From NCBI GenBank assembly GCA_013416795.1, contig RQSC01000750.1:126946-181707 (forward strand): DNA of 54,762 nt. Reading direction: 5' to 3'. Shown here piece after piece: positions 32,404-45,167 of the stretch (the stretch's first letter is position 1; each line of letters opens with the position of its first letter). A program made the translations under genes and the position numbers. The notes below the pieces were generated by a model. That model ran no database searches. It saw only the letters and a program-made list of their open reading frames with translations, and was not told the DNA's origin. This stretch comes from Prasinococcaceae sp. CCMP 1430 (Eukaryota; Plantae; Prasinodermophyta).

Positions 32404-35400
32404 TCACGCGTCCTCGGGGGGGGGCTCGAGCTCCTCGAGCGAGCCGCTCTCGTCTGAGTCGGCATATGCGCCGGCGCCCTCGTCATCGAGCACCGGAAGC
32501 TCCTCCAGCAAGCGCGCCATCTGCGAGGCGAGGCCAAGCGCCTCGGAGAGGGCGTCCTCGTCATCTGAGGCCATGGTGCCGTCATCGTGCTCGACAGCCC
32601 CACCACACTCGAGGTAGTCCTCCACGGCGTGGCGCACGATCTCACCCTGGTGTCGCGTCAGCACGGCACGGCGCGACTCGCATGTGCCGAATCCCTCACA
32701 CTCGCCCACTTTCGAGTCGCTCGAGACGGTAGCGCACAGGTTGAACAGCGTCTTGAGAAGAATGCCCGCCAGCGCCGCCTCGCCAGAGTAGAGCGCGTGT
32801 GCCAGCGAGTCGACCAGCCTGTCGACATTGTCAGGCTGCGAGAGCTGCGCGCGGCGCGCCTCGTCCGCGGCGACGTTCATTAGCACGCCCGCGGATGAGT
32901 ACAGCACGCTCGAATCGGAATGGTCGAGGAGGATGCACAGCGCTACATCCACCTTGCGCGCGGCCATCTCCTCGCGCACGTCCCCGTAGCGGCTGAGGTT
33001 GCCAAAGCACCGCGCGGCCTCCGATATAGCGTCCTCGCGGCCGCACAGCAGCAGCGGCGCCAAGCAGGCCACCAGCACACGCCGGCCCAGCAATATGTGG
33101 TTGTCTCGCGCGCCTTCGTAGAACGTCAGGTTGGACACAGTGGACACGACGTTGAGCACGAGTTCATCTGCCTCATCGACGGCATGCTCCTGCAAGAGGG
33201 CCAGAAGCGTTCCTGCCAGCAGCCGCGAGCCAACCAAGTGAGTAGCCGCCTCGGCGGAGATGGCCAGGTTGCCGATCACGCGCACGAGCTTCACCAGGAC
33301 GTCAAGCGCTTTTCGCCGGCGAGGATCCAACGCAGCCGGTGCTGTCGGCGCGGCTGCCTCCCCTGATGCCTTGTCGCCGCGCAAGAGGTGCAACGGCGGC
33401 GGCGGAGCGGCAATGGCGCGATAGCTCGCCATCGTGCGCGCAAGCGCCTCCACGGCACCCTTGGCACTCACCGCAGCCAAACGGCACTCCTCCGAGCAAG
33501 CAGTGACGTTGCCCAGTGCGAAGGCTGCGCGCAGCACCAGCGCGTCGTCGCCTGGGTGCGCGGCAATGCATGCTATCATTGCAGAGGCGGCGCGGCCTTC
33601 CTCTTCCATGTGAGCTCGGCTCGCCGGATGCGAGGTGAGCTTGGACGCGACGCGGGACACGTTGCGCATCAACTCGCCGTACGGCGCGAATGAAGCCACG
33701 CAGTCTGCCAGAGCATGCGCTGCGCCTGCATCGGCGAACAGCTCGGCGTGCGAGGGCTCGACTGACAGGTTGCGCAACGTGCCCGTGACCTGCACGAGCA
33801 GCTGTGCGGCCGCTTCGGAGCCGCGCTTGTCCCCAGCCGCCGCCGCCGTCGCGGCAATCAGGCGACACAGCGTCATGACTGCGCCTGCATCGGCCAGCGC
33901 GGCGGCGTTTGCCGAATTTGAGCTCGCATTCTTCATCGCACCTGCCACGTATACCAGCAGCTCAGCAGGAGTGGCGGCAGCGCTCCGTGCGCCGGCAGCT
34001 GCTGCTGCCGATGTTGCCACGAGAGCACTCGATGCGGCCTCAGCGAGCAGCGCCAGTGTGGGATGGAGCAAGCCCTCCGCAGCGAAGATCGAGTCGTTTG
34101 CGCTGTCCTTGCTCAGACGGTACAGACTGCGATACACGTGGAGCAGACGCGCCTCAGAGTTCGCGGCGTCCACAGGCGACGCGCCGCCGCCCAGCAAGGG
34201 TGGCAGAAGGATATGTAGCGCGCCGCGCGCGCTGCGAGCTTGCAGCATGGCCGCGGTGGCTAATCCCGCCCGGCCAACCGAGTCTTCCGTCCCAGAGTGC
34301 GCGCCGGCTGCGGCGGCCACCGCTGCCGCCCCGGCATCCATCGCACCGAAGAGCGCCGAGAGTGCCGCACTCCGCTCGACCTCAATCGGAGCGGGTGCGC
34401 GCAGCTGGAGGCGCCCGCGCTCAAGGGTGCTGCAAAGCTCTCGGACGTCCTCGAGGCAACCTATGGCGGCCACGGAGCTCAGGACCTGCACGCCCTGCGC
34501 GCCGCCGCCGCAGGAATCGTCGCCCTCGCCAGCACCAACGTCGCCGGCCGCGTCTGCGCTCTCCGCGCTACTCGCGGGCTGCTGCAGGTGCTTCTGCACG
34601 GCGCTGGCGGCGGCACGTACCGCGTCGCACCATTCGTCAGAGGCGCCGCCGCCGCCGGCAGCCTGCGACTGCAGTTGATGCTGCGGTGACGGCGGCGGCA
34701 TGGCCTGCAGCCGCGGCGGTTCGGGCCCATGATCCGGGGGGGCAACATTGACGTTCGCGTGATGCGTGGGTGGGGGGGGCTGCTTTGATGCGCTATGACC
34801 CGGCGGCGCGGGGGGTGGCGCAGCAGCGACGGCGGCGCCACTGGGAGTGGCAATAGTTGCTGAGCCCGGCCGAGGCCGAAGCCGCGCCGAGCCGGGCCGA
34901 GAGCCGCGCGAGGATGGCGGACGCGGTGTCGGCCCGCCTGCTGACGGCGGACGCGGCGCGCGCGCCGACGGCGGGCGCGGCATCATCGCGGCTTCCCGCG
35001 GGGGCGCCATGGGAGTACCTGGCGGGCTGGGGCTCGCCGTGCCCGCACTACTCCCTCCGATGCTGTCCGCACTGCCCGCCCGCGCTACTGCGGAGCCCAT
35101 CGCGCCGTGCATCTCGCCCGCGCTGCTCGTGCGCCTCGTGCCCGGGGCGGTCCCGAGGTCATGCACGTGCGCCGAGCGCGTTCTCTCGCCGCTGTGGCTG
35201 TCGCGCCCGCCGCGCGCTGTCCGCGGCCGCTCGAATGTCGGGGAGGCGGCGAGTCGCGGCTCGACACGCGGGCGCGATGCCGCGTCGCGCGTCGCTGCCT
35301 GCTCCAGCAGCGCCGCCGAGCGGTCGCGCGCCAGGCAACGCGCGAGCTCTGCGGCGCTCTCGTCCGCGTCGGCGAAGCCGAAGCCTGCGTATCCGAACGC

Positions 35401-35841
35401 CGCGAAGCCGCCGCCGTTGCCGCTGGCATCCATGAGCCCGCCGGCGCCAGGCTGGGCGAGGCAGCGAGGTCACGCGTGATGGCAGGAGGTACGGGCGTCA
35501 GACGACAGGCAGAGCCGGCTGTGCGAGAGAGAACGAGAGCAAGGCGATCCGCAGCGAGGGCGAGCGCGCACCTTGCTGCCGTATGAGGACGACGGGCGGT
35601 AGCTGTACTCGCTGCTTGCGCTGAAGAGACTGCGGTCGCCGTCTTCCGCCAAGCGTGGCGTCTCAGGCCGCGCCATGCCGCGCGTGAGCGCCGACGCCAC
35701 GGGTGCGGGCGCCGCCGCCGCTCGCTTGGCTGTGCGGATGCCCAGCCGCTCGGCATCGGCGCGCAAGCCAGCGGCGCCAGCGTCGCCGTAGCCCGCGACG
35801 GCCGCGCGTGCGGCACGCAGCACGTGCGACACCGAGCCTCC
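32404..35841 (-). CDS. ARMC2: Armadillo-repeat protein ARMC2-like; exons (>35841)-35572 and 35451-32404; 5' end unresolved
   Basis: RSLYRLSKD.AND..F, YVAGAMKN.S, VQVTGTLRNL, RV.SKLT, R.AF.LGN.T, VKL.RVIGNL.I, S.AGVLMN. A phase-0 GTGCGC..CCCAG intron links an upstream exon. Confidence 0.78.
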
Positions 35842-36094
35842 NCGCGCCCGGCCGCGCCCGGCCGCGCGCGCCGCGAGGTTCGAACGCATGCGCGCGCGCG
35901 CGCGCATGCGACTGTGACGTCGACTTTCGAACGCCTCCCCGCTCACCCTGCAGGCCCCTTGGGAATCCCGGGTTCAGCTCGGGAACACCCGGTTCAACTC
36001 GACGCAGACGCGATCAATTCCCGCCCAGTGACCGGGTCTACACCAACGACGAATTCCCCGATGACGATGGAAACCGAGCCGCGGGGGGGTGTGG

Positions 36095-36135
36095 TCTGGT
36101 GTTGTGTGGTGTGGTGGGGCTTCGTCAAAGCGCAA

Positions 36136-36180
<45 letters not shown>
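36095..36180. repeat. (GTGTG)-like tract followed by a poly-G run
   Basis: Read directly. Confidence 0.85.
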
Positions 36181-36181
<1 letters not shown>

Positions 36182-36508
36182 GAATTAGGGCTGGGTTTGG
36201 GGTTGGACCTTCACTTCCTCGTCGAAACACAAGTACAGAAAGAGAATTCCCATCCAATGCAAATTGACATTGAGGGATGTTTGGGGTTATTTGAGCTGTG
36301 TAGGGTTTGATTCAAGAGTAACGGCGCGAGCGAGCGAGCGCGGGGGCGCGGGCGCAGGGGCGCGGGCGCGGGTGCGTGCGAGGGGGTGCGCGGGTGTGGC
36401 CCTCGCGTGCAGTCGTGGGTGAGCGTGCGCGTGATCGGGCGAGCGAGGGTGGGCGCCACACGGCACGCGCGGGCGGGCGGGTGGGCGGGCGTTCGTCCGG
36501 CGGGGGCG

Positions 36509-37525
36509 ATGCCCTCTCCGCGGCCGGGCGGGGACGGCGCGTGGTACCACGCGGTGCGACGCTTCAAGGTGGTGGACCGCGTGACCAAGGAGGTGTCGCA
36601 CGACTCGGTGCCGTGGACGCAGGAGGCGCAGCTCGCGGCGCTCTTCGCCACGGCGTGCGGCCGCTGCGTCGCGCGCATGCCGCCCATGCGCGCGTACTTC
36701 GCGCGCCGCTCGCGCGAGCGCGGCGCGCGCTACTCGTCGGCGCATGATGCGCCGCGGCACATCGCCGACTTCGTGCGCGACTACGGCGTGGACGCGTCCG
36801 AGGCCGAGCTGCCCCTGGCGGAGTACCGCACGCTGAATGCGTTCTTCGCGCGGCGGCTACGCGCCGGTCTGCGGCCGGTCGCCGACGCTGCCGACTCGCA
36901 GCGGCTGTGCTGCCCTGTAGATGGGCGCTACTCGTGCTTCGAGAGCCTCGGCGCGGCGCGTGCGCTGTGGATCAAGGGCCGCAACTTCACCGTCGATGAG
37001 CTGGTGGGCGTCGCGGGCGCTACAGATGCCGGCAGGCAGATCGCCGCGCTGGCCTCGCATCGCCTCCGCCGCGCGGCGGTGTGCGTCGCGCGGCTGGCGC
37101 CCACCGACTACCACCGCGTGCATGCGCCGTGCGTGGGGCGCGTTGCGCGCGTGGTCGAGATCGGAGGCGACTACTTCCCGGTGAAGCCGGTGTGTGTCAC
37201 GTCCGACATCGACGTGCTGACACTCAACCGGCGCGTGGTGGTGCAGATAGACCCGCCTGATGAGCAGATGGGCCCGGTCTTCGTGGTGCTGGTGGGCGCC
37301 ATCGAGGTCGGCTCAATTGTGCTCACCGCTGAAGTGGGCGACGTGCTCGCCAAGGGCGACGAGCTGGGCTACTTCCAATACGGCGGCAGCACCGTGTGCG
37401 TGGTGCAACGAAGTCAGGTGCACTTCGAGGAAGACCTGCTCGCCAACTCGCGCAACCGATCGGAGACGCTGTGCCGCATGGGCCAGCCGCTTGCGCACAA
37501 CGTTCCGGAGCCGCCTCAAGACTAG
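36509..37525 (+). CDS. PSD: Phosphatidylserine decarboxylase proenzyme (no C2/EF-hand extension)
   Basis: Y.TLNAFF.R.L..G.RP, CPVDG, RLAP.DYHR.H.P, VGSI, KGDELGYF.YGGST self-cleavage motif. Confidence 0.88.
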   Translation: MPSPRPGGDGAWYHAVRRFKVVDRVTKEVSHDSVPWTQEAQLAALFATACGRCVARMPPMRAYFARRSRERGARYSSAHDAPRHIADFVRDYGVDASEAELPLAEYRTLNAFFARRLRAGLRPVADAADSQRLCCPVDGRYSCFESLGAARALWIKGRNFTVDELVGVAGATDAGRQIAALASHRLRRAAVCVARLAPTDYHRVHAPCVGRVARVVEIGGDYFPVKPVCVTSDIDVLTLNRRVVVQIDPPDEQMGPVFVVLVGAIEVGSIVLTAEVGDVLAKGDELGYFQYGGSTVCVVQRSQVHFEEDLLANSRNRSETLCRMGQPLAHNVPEPPQD

Positions 37526-37975
37526 CACGCGCTCTTATGCGCGCGCGCACCCGCTTCGCCCGCGCCCCGCGTGCTGCAGGGCAGGGGCATGGGGCGGCTC
37601 CACCGCGGGGCGGGGCACCGAGCGGCGTCTCTGCGCGCGCGCGTGCGCGCGTGTGTGTGCACGTGCGCGCGCGCGGCCGAGCCCTGGCCGGGGGTGTAAT
37701 CCGTTGAAGTTGACGTGCAAGTTCCACAACTCAAACTCCATCGCATTCCATCGCGTGCGTGGCTTTCGCGAGCTCGCGCAAGCGGAGTGGGCGAGGCTAC
37801 GCGGGAACTGGCCGGGAGAGAACGACGCCGTCCTGCTGCAGCCATGATGCTCGATCGGCGTCGTCCAACGTTGTCGGTGCGCGCTGCACGCACTGGCCCT
37901 GTAAATGTGTGTATCATACCGCGAGGGATTACAATGGCGCCGCGCTGCACCGCGCTGAGCCTCACCGCGGTGCAC

Positions 37976-40900
37976 TCAGAGCGTCTCTGCGAGCGCCCAC
38001 GGCGACGTCGCGGCGAGATCCGCAAGTGCCTGCGGCCGATCTTGGTAGCCCGCCGCGGCGGCCGCGTCGCCGCTCGCACGCACACCGCGCTCGGAGAAGC
38101 GTCGCAGCGTTCCCACGTCAAGGACTTCTGTCGCAAGGCGCTGCGCAGACGCGAGAACGGGTCAGCGTGTGCAGCAGTGCCAGTGTGTCAGACACTTTAG
38201 CGAGCGCGGGCAGTATTCTCGGAACGCACCTGTCTGTGCCTGGGCGGCGACCTGAAGGCGCGCGGGTGCAGACCGAGCGGGTGGCTCAGGCTATCACACA
38301 GCTCGGTGTGCAGCCGTAACAAGCGTTTGTGAATGTCTTCGCCCACCGGCGCGACCAGCACGAGCGAGCCCTCGCGCGTTGATATTAGCGCCCCGAGCCG
38401 AGTAGTGCCCGTCTCCGACTTGGGCAGCTGCATACGGCAGCTGTCCAGAGGGTGCTCGCCAAGGTAGGAGCGGCCACGCGGGATGAGGCGCTGCCCGCGC
38501 CAGCTCTGCGTGTTCTGGGGCATGTACGCCTGCAACAGTGCCCCCACGTGAGAGACCCCCACAGTTAGCGGCAACAGCGCGGCCCGGCAAGGATCTGAGC
38601 GTGCTAAACGCGACCGCCGCCCGCGCGCGCGCGAGCAAACGCACCTGCAGCGTGAGGTCTCCCCACATGTCGCCGGCGACCATGGCCAGCGTGCTGCCGT
38701 CTATGAGGAACTCACTGGTGGATCCATCCATGGGGGCATAGTCCTTGGACAAAAGTCCCATTTCCTTGTTCTCCTCGCGCCAGCGGATGAAATACGAGCT
38801 CTTGATGGTGTCCGTGAGCAGCACAAAATTCTTCACGACGGAGACGCTCGCTGCGCCAGTGGGAAGGTCGAAGAAGCTCACTTGGTTGAGGTCGGAGCCA
38901 GTCCACTCGTACACGGTCACCTTGTTGGCCATCGTACTGACAAGGTATCCATTCATTTCCTTCACCAGCGCCGCCGCGCCGCGAACATCCTTCGCACACA
39001 CGCAGCTCAGGTACGGACTTCCGACAAACAACCCCTTCTCATGATCTTCCTGACCGGCGGCAATTGTGTCGACCTTGAATAAGAGGACCCTGCCCTTGCT
39101 CTGCACGTCCTCCCCCGCGAGATACGAAGTCGACACTGCCACGAAGCTGGCGGTGGCGGTGCCGTCGGGTGAAGACGTGTTCTTGAGGGTCACGTACGCG
39201 ATGTCAGTGGCCTTCTCACAAGCTTCGAGCGCAAAGCGGAATCGCTGCTGAAGTGTGACCAGATCCACCAAGACGACCGTGTGCTCCTCGCTCGGATCAT
39301 AGAGCACTGGTCGGTCGGGATCCACTTCGGTGCGCTCGCCGATACGATAGACGATTGGTGGCGGCGGCGGGGCTGGCCGGCGCTCTGGCGGAACTGCGGC
39401 AAAGCACGCCACAGCGGCGAGCTTGCCATTGTGCAGCGTGCACACCGAAACCGGGGTCTGGCGCAGTGCGGCCTTGCGAGCGGGCATGTCAAGAGAGTAC
39501 GCACGCGGCGGCAAGCTGGCAACGACGAGCGAGCCCTCCTCGGCGAAGACCATGCCGCTCGGACAGTTGACATTGTGGAAGGGAGCGAACGCGAAAACAC
39601 TTTTGGAGGCGGCGCCCGCCGGACCATCTCCGCTGCCTGGGATGAAGGGCGTGTGTTGCTGTACTTTTAGTCCTCCCCTATGCTCGATGAGCCACAGCGG
39701 GACGTGCCCGCACACCACGATGCCGCGCTGCGCAGGCGAGCCCATGCTCACGAATGGTGAGAGCGTGCGTTTGCTGTGCGAGGGCTTGCCCGCCCCAGCA
39801 TCTCCGCCCGTGCTCACGGTGGCGGGCGGCAGCGGAACTGCCTCGTACACGACGCGTCTGAAACCCAGCGCGGCAGCGCGCCCTTGGGCGCTCTTAGGCG
39901 CGTAGGCGCGGTAGGCGACAACGGAGCCGTCGCTCAGACGGCATACTAGGAACGGCTGCCTTGCATCGTACGCAACGACGGTCATTTCAGTCACTTCGTG
40001 ATCTGGCCGATCGAGCGCGGCGGCCGCCGCCGCCGCCGCGAGAGCCGCCTCGTCGTCGACGCCCTCCATCTGCTGCAGCTTCTCCACGTCGACGTCGACG
40101 CCTGCGCCAGCGATCACGTTGCTCGTGCTCCCTTTCTTGTTCAGCAGCAGCGGCGGCGCGTCCGCGAGTAGCGGCGCTTCGAACAGCAGATCCCAGCCGG
40201 GCACGGCATACATGAGCAGCCCGCCTTGCTGTGTCGATACGGCTGCCACGTGCGTGCAGTAGTTGCCATCGCTCGAACCACTGGTCGCGTGCGTGAGCCA
40301 TTCGGACAGCCAGGCCGTGCGCTCAACCCTGTGCAATGCAAACGCGGTAGCGTCCGAAAGCACGGGCACGTCCGCAAAAGACAGCGCCGCGTCGGCCCCG
40401 CCTTCGCCTTGCTCGATCGTCCCGAGCGACGCCGTGCGGCTACCCGCGACGAGCACGTAGGGATCGCATACGCACGCGCTCTCGATCGCCAGCTCGCCCT
40501 CGCCCGCCGCGGGCAGCGCCGCGGCTGCATCCGCCTCGCACACCACGCCCCCGCTCGAAGACACGCGCACGCCCTGAGCATGCGCCTGGCAGAACGCGTA
40601 CCCGCCGAGTACGTCTCCTGCCGCGAGCGTGCCGCAGTCGGTGAGCATTGGCGAGGCGTCGGAGACCTCCTCGAGCTCCTCTCCTGTGGCAAGTACGATC
40701 GTGTGCGTGCCCATGTCCATCACCAGGTGAGAGTGGTGCTGCGTGTCCTCGCCGTCGGCTTCTGCCGCCGCCGCGTCACCGAAGCGCCCGCTCACCGGCC
40801 AAATGGCGGCGACGCCAGGCAGGCCGACTTCAGTAATCGTGTGCGGACGCACGCCGCGCTGCAGCACCGCCAGCGCGCCGTTCTTTCCATGGCCCGCGCA

Positions 40901-42565
40901 TGCTACCACCACCTGGCGGCCTCCGGCCCCCTCGGGCGCGCTCGCGTCCGCGCACACGCCCATCTTGCGCAACGGCGCCACGTTGAGAATCGAGTCACGC
41001 ACGAGGAACGAGAGTTTGGAGTTGGCAGCCTCGCGCGATGCGCTGGCGCCACCGCCAAGCAGCTGCTGCAGTTCAGCCTCCTCGTCGTCGGCGAGCAGCT
41101 CGCCGCCCCCCAGGTCGCCGCCCTCATCTTCGCCCGCATCCCCCGCCGCCCCTGCCGAGCCGGCCGCGCCCGCGAGCTCCTGGCGCCGCGCGCGCTTTGA
41201 CGCGGGCGCCTCATCGCCGCCGCCCGCCTTGGCCGTGTCGTAGCACTGCACCAGCAGCGAGTCGCCCAGCCGGCTGCCCATGAAGACCAGCTTCGCACCG
41301 AAGCCGCTGAGCATGCACGCGCCGGCCGTGAGCGGTCCGGCGCCCACGCGTCGCACGCTCATGCGCGGCATGCCGCGCCCGTCGCGGCCGGTTGCCACCA
41401 CCGCGATGTCACCCGTCTTGCCGAAGAGCAAGCAGCTCTCGCGGTCGATCCACACGGTGTGCGCCGCGTCGAGCTCCATGGAGAACTGCGCGCGCTCGGG
41501 AGGGGCTGTGGCGCCGGCGGGCGCCCAGTGGCTGGCCCTGTTGAGCGCAAGCGCGACCGTTGCTGTCTGCGACGCGTAGATGAGCGTGTTTGGTGTGAGC
41601 ACTAGCGCACCGCCGAGCGGCGCGGGCACGGGCGACACCGCGTACGCGTCGCTCGGCAGCGCGTCCACCGACCAGATGGGCACGTGCCGACCCGTGCTCA
41701 GGTCGATCGATACCGCACTGATCACGCACGTGTCGTGCTTCAGCGAGTAGCGCGCGGCCCACGTCGGCTCGCGTTCGTGCAGCAGCAGCAGCACGGGCTC
41801 GTTGTACCCGTGCAGGAATGCGCCCGCGCGCAGCCGTCGCACGCCGAGGTCGGCCAGCGGCTTCGCGGTCGACGCTGCCACGGCAGCGCACATTCCCTTC
41901 CCGAGCCGTTTCGTCTCGCCCGGGCCGTAGTCGCCGAACGTGTCCCCGACGGCGCGTAGGAGTACGAGCTGGCTCCTGTAGCAGAACGCCGCAGCACAGC
42001 GACCCTTTGGATCCTCGGCGAGCGCGGGTCCCTTGAGCGCGTCCAGTGGCCGCATCCGCGACTCGGCTCGCAGCCAGCCGCACTTGATGCCCTCGAACTG
42101 ATGCAGGCTGCTCACGCGCAGCGCGTCGTGGGTCGGGTCGTACTCAGCGACGCAGAGCTTGGCTTCCGCAAAGGAGAGCAGCAGCGCGTCGCGCCCTCGC
42201 CGGTCGGACCCCTCGCGGCGGCGCAGCACCTTCATGTCCGTCGGCACGCCCGCGAGCTCGGTCGCGCACACGCGCTCGAGCACCGCCTCCTCCACGCCAT
42301 CCACGCCGCCCCTCGCGCCGTCTCCGTCCCCGTCAGCACCATCGGCGCCTCCCGCACTCTCCTGGCGCGCGTGCTTGCCGTTCTGGTCGCCCAAGGGCGC
42401 GGCCGCACGCCTCACGCACACTCGGAACACCTCGAGCGTGTTGCCGCGCACGAGCGCGAGGTCGGGTGGCGGCCCGCCGGCGTCGCCAATGGAACGCGTG
42501 AGGTACGCGGACTCGCAGTGGGCCACCGCCGTGGGCCGCTGCACGTGGCACATTGCCGCATTCAT
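37976..42565 (-). CDS. CPSF1: Cleavage and polyadenylation specificity factor subunit 1 (CPSF160); exons 42565-38645, 38529-38230, 38140-37976
   Basis: RDALLLSFAEAKL....YD, SSLHQFE, DPKGRCAA, FLHGYNEP.LL.LHE...TWA, F.GSRLGDS.L, KGRVLLF, LSKD. All three exons are phase 0 and multiples of 3; the last exon resembles the CPSF1 C-terminal helices. Confidence 0.92.
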
Positions 42566-43336
42566 CGCGCCCCTCGCCGTCCCCTGGGCTCCTCACCGCG
42601 CCCCTTCAACGCGCGCCCGCTCCCGCCCGCCAGCGCCCGCGCGGCCGCCGCCCTCGGGGCGGACCGCNNNNNNNNNNNNNNNNNNNNNNNNNNNNNAAAA
42701 AAAAAAAAAAAAAAGCCGAGTTTGCCTTCGATTCTGATGGCGCGCGCGGCGGTCTGTGGCACCTCCGGAGGCGCCTTCAATCTGATGTAGACCGTACATC
42801 GATACCCCAAAAATACATCCGGTGACATCCCCTGGCGGAAAAAGCTGCTCCGCATTGCACGTGCCTTCCCACGAAATCATGGCAAACCCAAACCTCCCGC
42901 CGCGCGCGCGCGCGCGCGCGCGCGCGTGCCGCGCGCACCCGCGCTTCGCGCTGACATCGCTTTTTCCACGTAAACCCTACCTTTCGATGAAACCACAAAT
43001 GCGATGCGACGTTTCCCATGCGCGCAAACATCCGGTGGAGCAGGTGCGCCCATCGCATGCGATTTGATGGCGATTGCAATTCGCGCCGTCGGCGCCTTTT
43101 GCGCGCGGCGGTGCGCGCCGATCGGCGGCGCGAAGGGGCCTTTTTTTCGCGGGGGCGTCTCGCGGAGGCGCGGCGCGAAACGGGCGGCGCTCGGCGCGGC
43201 GACGGACTGCTCGGCNNNNNNNNNNNNNNNNNNNNCGCAGGGCGCTGGCGCGGACGCGGGCGCGGCGGGGCGGGAGCGCGCCCGGACGCGCACGCCTCCT
43301 CCGGGCCCTCCCCCCTCCCTCCCCCCGCTGGGCTGC

Positions 43337-43381
43337 ATGAGCACTAGGGGCGGCGGCGCGGCGGCCACGCAAGCCCCCACG

Positions 43382-43422
<41 letters not shown>

Positions 43423-44878
43423 GCCCGACGGCCAGCAGCAGCAGGAGCACCCGGCATGGCTCCCGCCCGCGCTGCCCTCGGACGTGATGGCGTTGCTGCA
43501 GGGCACGTCGCTGGACGACCTGACGGGGGGCGGTGGGTTTGGGCGCGCGCGCGCCGGCTCGCAGCCCGCGAACGAGAGCCGCTTCGGCACGTCGTACGGC
43601 TCGCACGCTTCGCATTTTGACAGCGATGACGAGGATCTCGGCCTGCCGCTGCCGGCGAAGGGCACCAATGGTGGCGCCACCGACCTGCGGGCGGGCGCGA
43701 GCGAATTTCGCCCGAGGCCGCAGGGCTTCACCTCGCTCGCCGGCAACGCGGGCGGCGGACTCGCTGGCCAGCAGCTGCCACAGGAGCCGTGGCAGCAGGC
43801 GGAGGTCGTCGGCGCGCTGCCGGACAACTTCCTAGGGAGCGACGACAGCACCCTGGGTAGCAACAAGGCGCAGCAACAGCCCAGCGCCTTCGGCGTCGGG
43901 CAGCAGGATCCCCGGCATGCGCAAGAGCAGCCGGCGCAGCAGGCGCGGGCGCAGGCACAGCAGCAAGGGGGCGGCGACTTCGAGGTGGCGGTGGCCGCGG
44001 CGGTCGACATGCTCTGCGCAGAGTATTCCAAGCTGCCGCGCGAGGCCGTGCACGCGTGCTACGTGCGCTGCGCGTACGACCTCGACGCCGCTTGCGAGGA
44101 GCTCGAAGTGATGGAGGACGAGGTTACAACCGCCCCCCCGGCGTTCGACGACAGCAACTTCCCGACGCTCGGCGGCGGCGGGGCGGACGCGGGCGGCTCG
44201 GGGGACGGCGGACTTTTCGCGCCGAGCCCGTACGCGGGAGTGGCCAAGCAGGCCGCCCACTTGCCCGCGCCCGTCGCCGCGGAGCGCCAGCGGGTTGCGC
44301 CGGAGCTGAGGCTGCCCGACGAGCGCGAGGCGCCCGGCGCCGGCGCGGGCCCGCGCGGCGACCGCGAGCTCACGCGCGCGGGCGCGTGGCTCCAGACAGG
44401 CGAGGCGGTGTCGTCCATGTATGCGGAGGCGCGTGCCGAGGCGAGCGACCACGCGCGCATGCGCAATGCGTACTTTGCCCAAGCCGCCGCAGCGCATCAG
44501 GCGGGCGACGGCAACGCTGCGCGCGCGCTGAGCGCCAAGGGTCGCTGGCACAACGAGCAGATGCACTCGGCGCATGCGACCGCCTCGCAGTCCATACAGG
44601 CCACGCGCTCGAAGGAGGCGGGCAAGCACGGCATGGTGGACTTGCATGGCCTGCATGTCAAGGAGGCGCTTGAGGCTGTGCGCCACGCGATCGGTGCGGC
44701 GCGCAGTCGCAAGGGCGCGCAAGGCGGCGAGCCGCAGCAGCTGCGCTTCGTCGTGGGCACAGGGCACCACTCGACGGGCGGCCGCGCCAAGCTTGCCCAG
44801 GCCGTCGAGAAGGAGCTTGCCGCGCACAAGCTGGCCATCACTCGCCCGGCAGCGGGCATGCTGGCGGTGTGGATATGA
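43337..44878 (+). CDS. Smr-domain protein with PAM2-like motif, CUE-like domain and DUF1771 (CID7/Cue2-like)
   Basis: LRAGASEFRP (PAM2-like); DMLCAEYSKL...AV......AYDLDAACEEL (CUE-like); R.EA..HAR.RN.YF.QA..A (DUF1771); VDLHGLHVKEA and VVGTGHHS (Smr). Confidence 0.85.
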
Positions 44879-45167
44879 TCTGCATGCCCGTAAGAGCCTT
44901 CTTTCGCCGAATGCTGCCATCGCGCAACGCGCGCCGCCGCCGCGCGCCCCCTCCTCCATTCGCCCCTGCCGCTCGTGGGTCGGTCGAATGGCTTTCTTTA
45001 CAGGCTTTATGTTGCGGAGGGGCACCAAAAATAGAGAGAAACGCCCGTGCAGCAAGTGGCACCTATGCGTGCGCACACTGCAGGAACGAGACGGTGTGTG
45101 AGCCCTCCACCTCTCGGCGGCGACGCCGCACTCGATGGAAACGTGCAGCGCCCCTTCAGCTGGGCCC

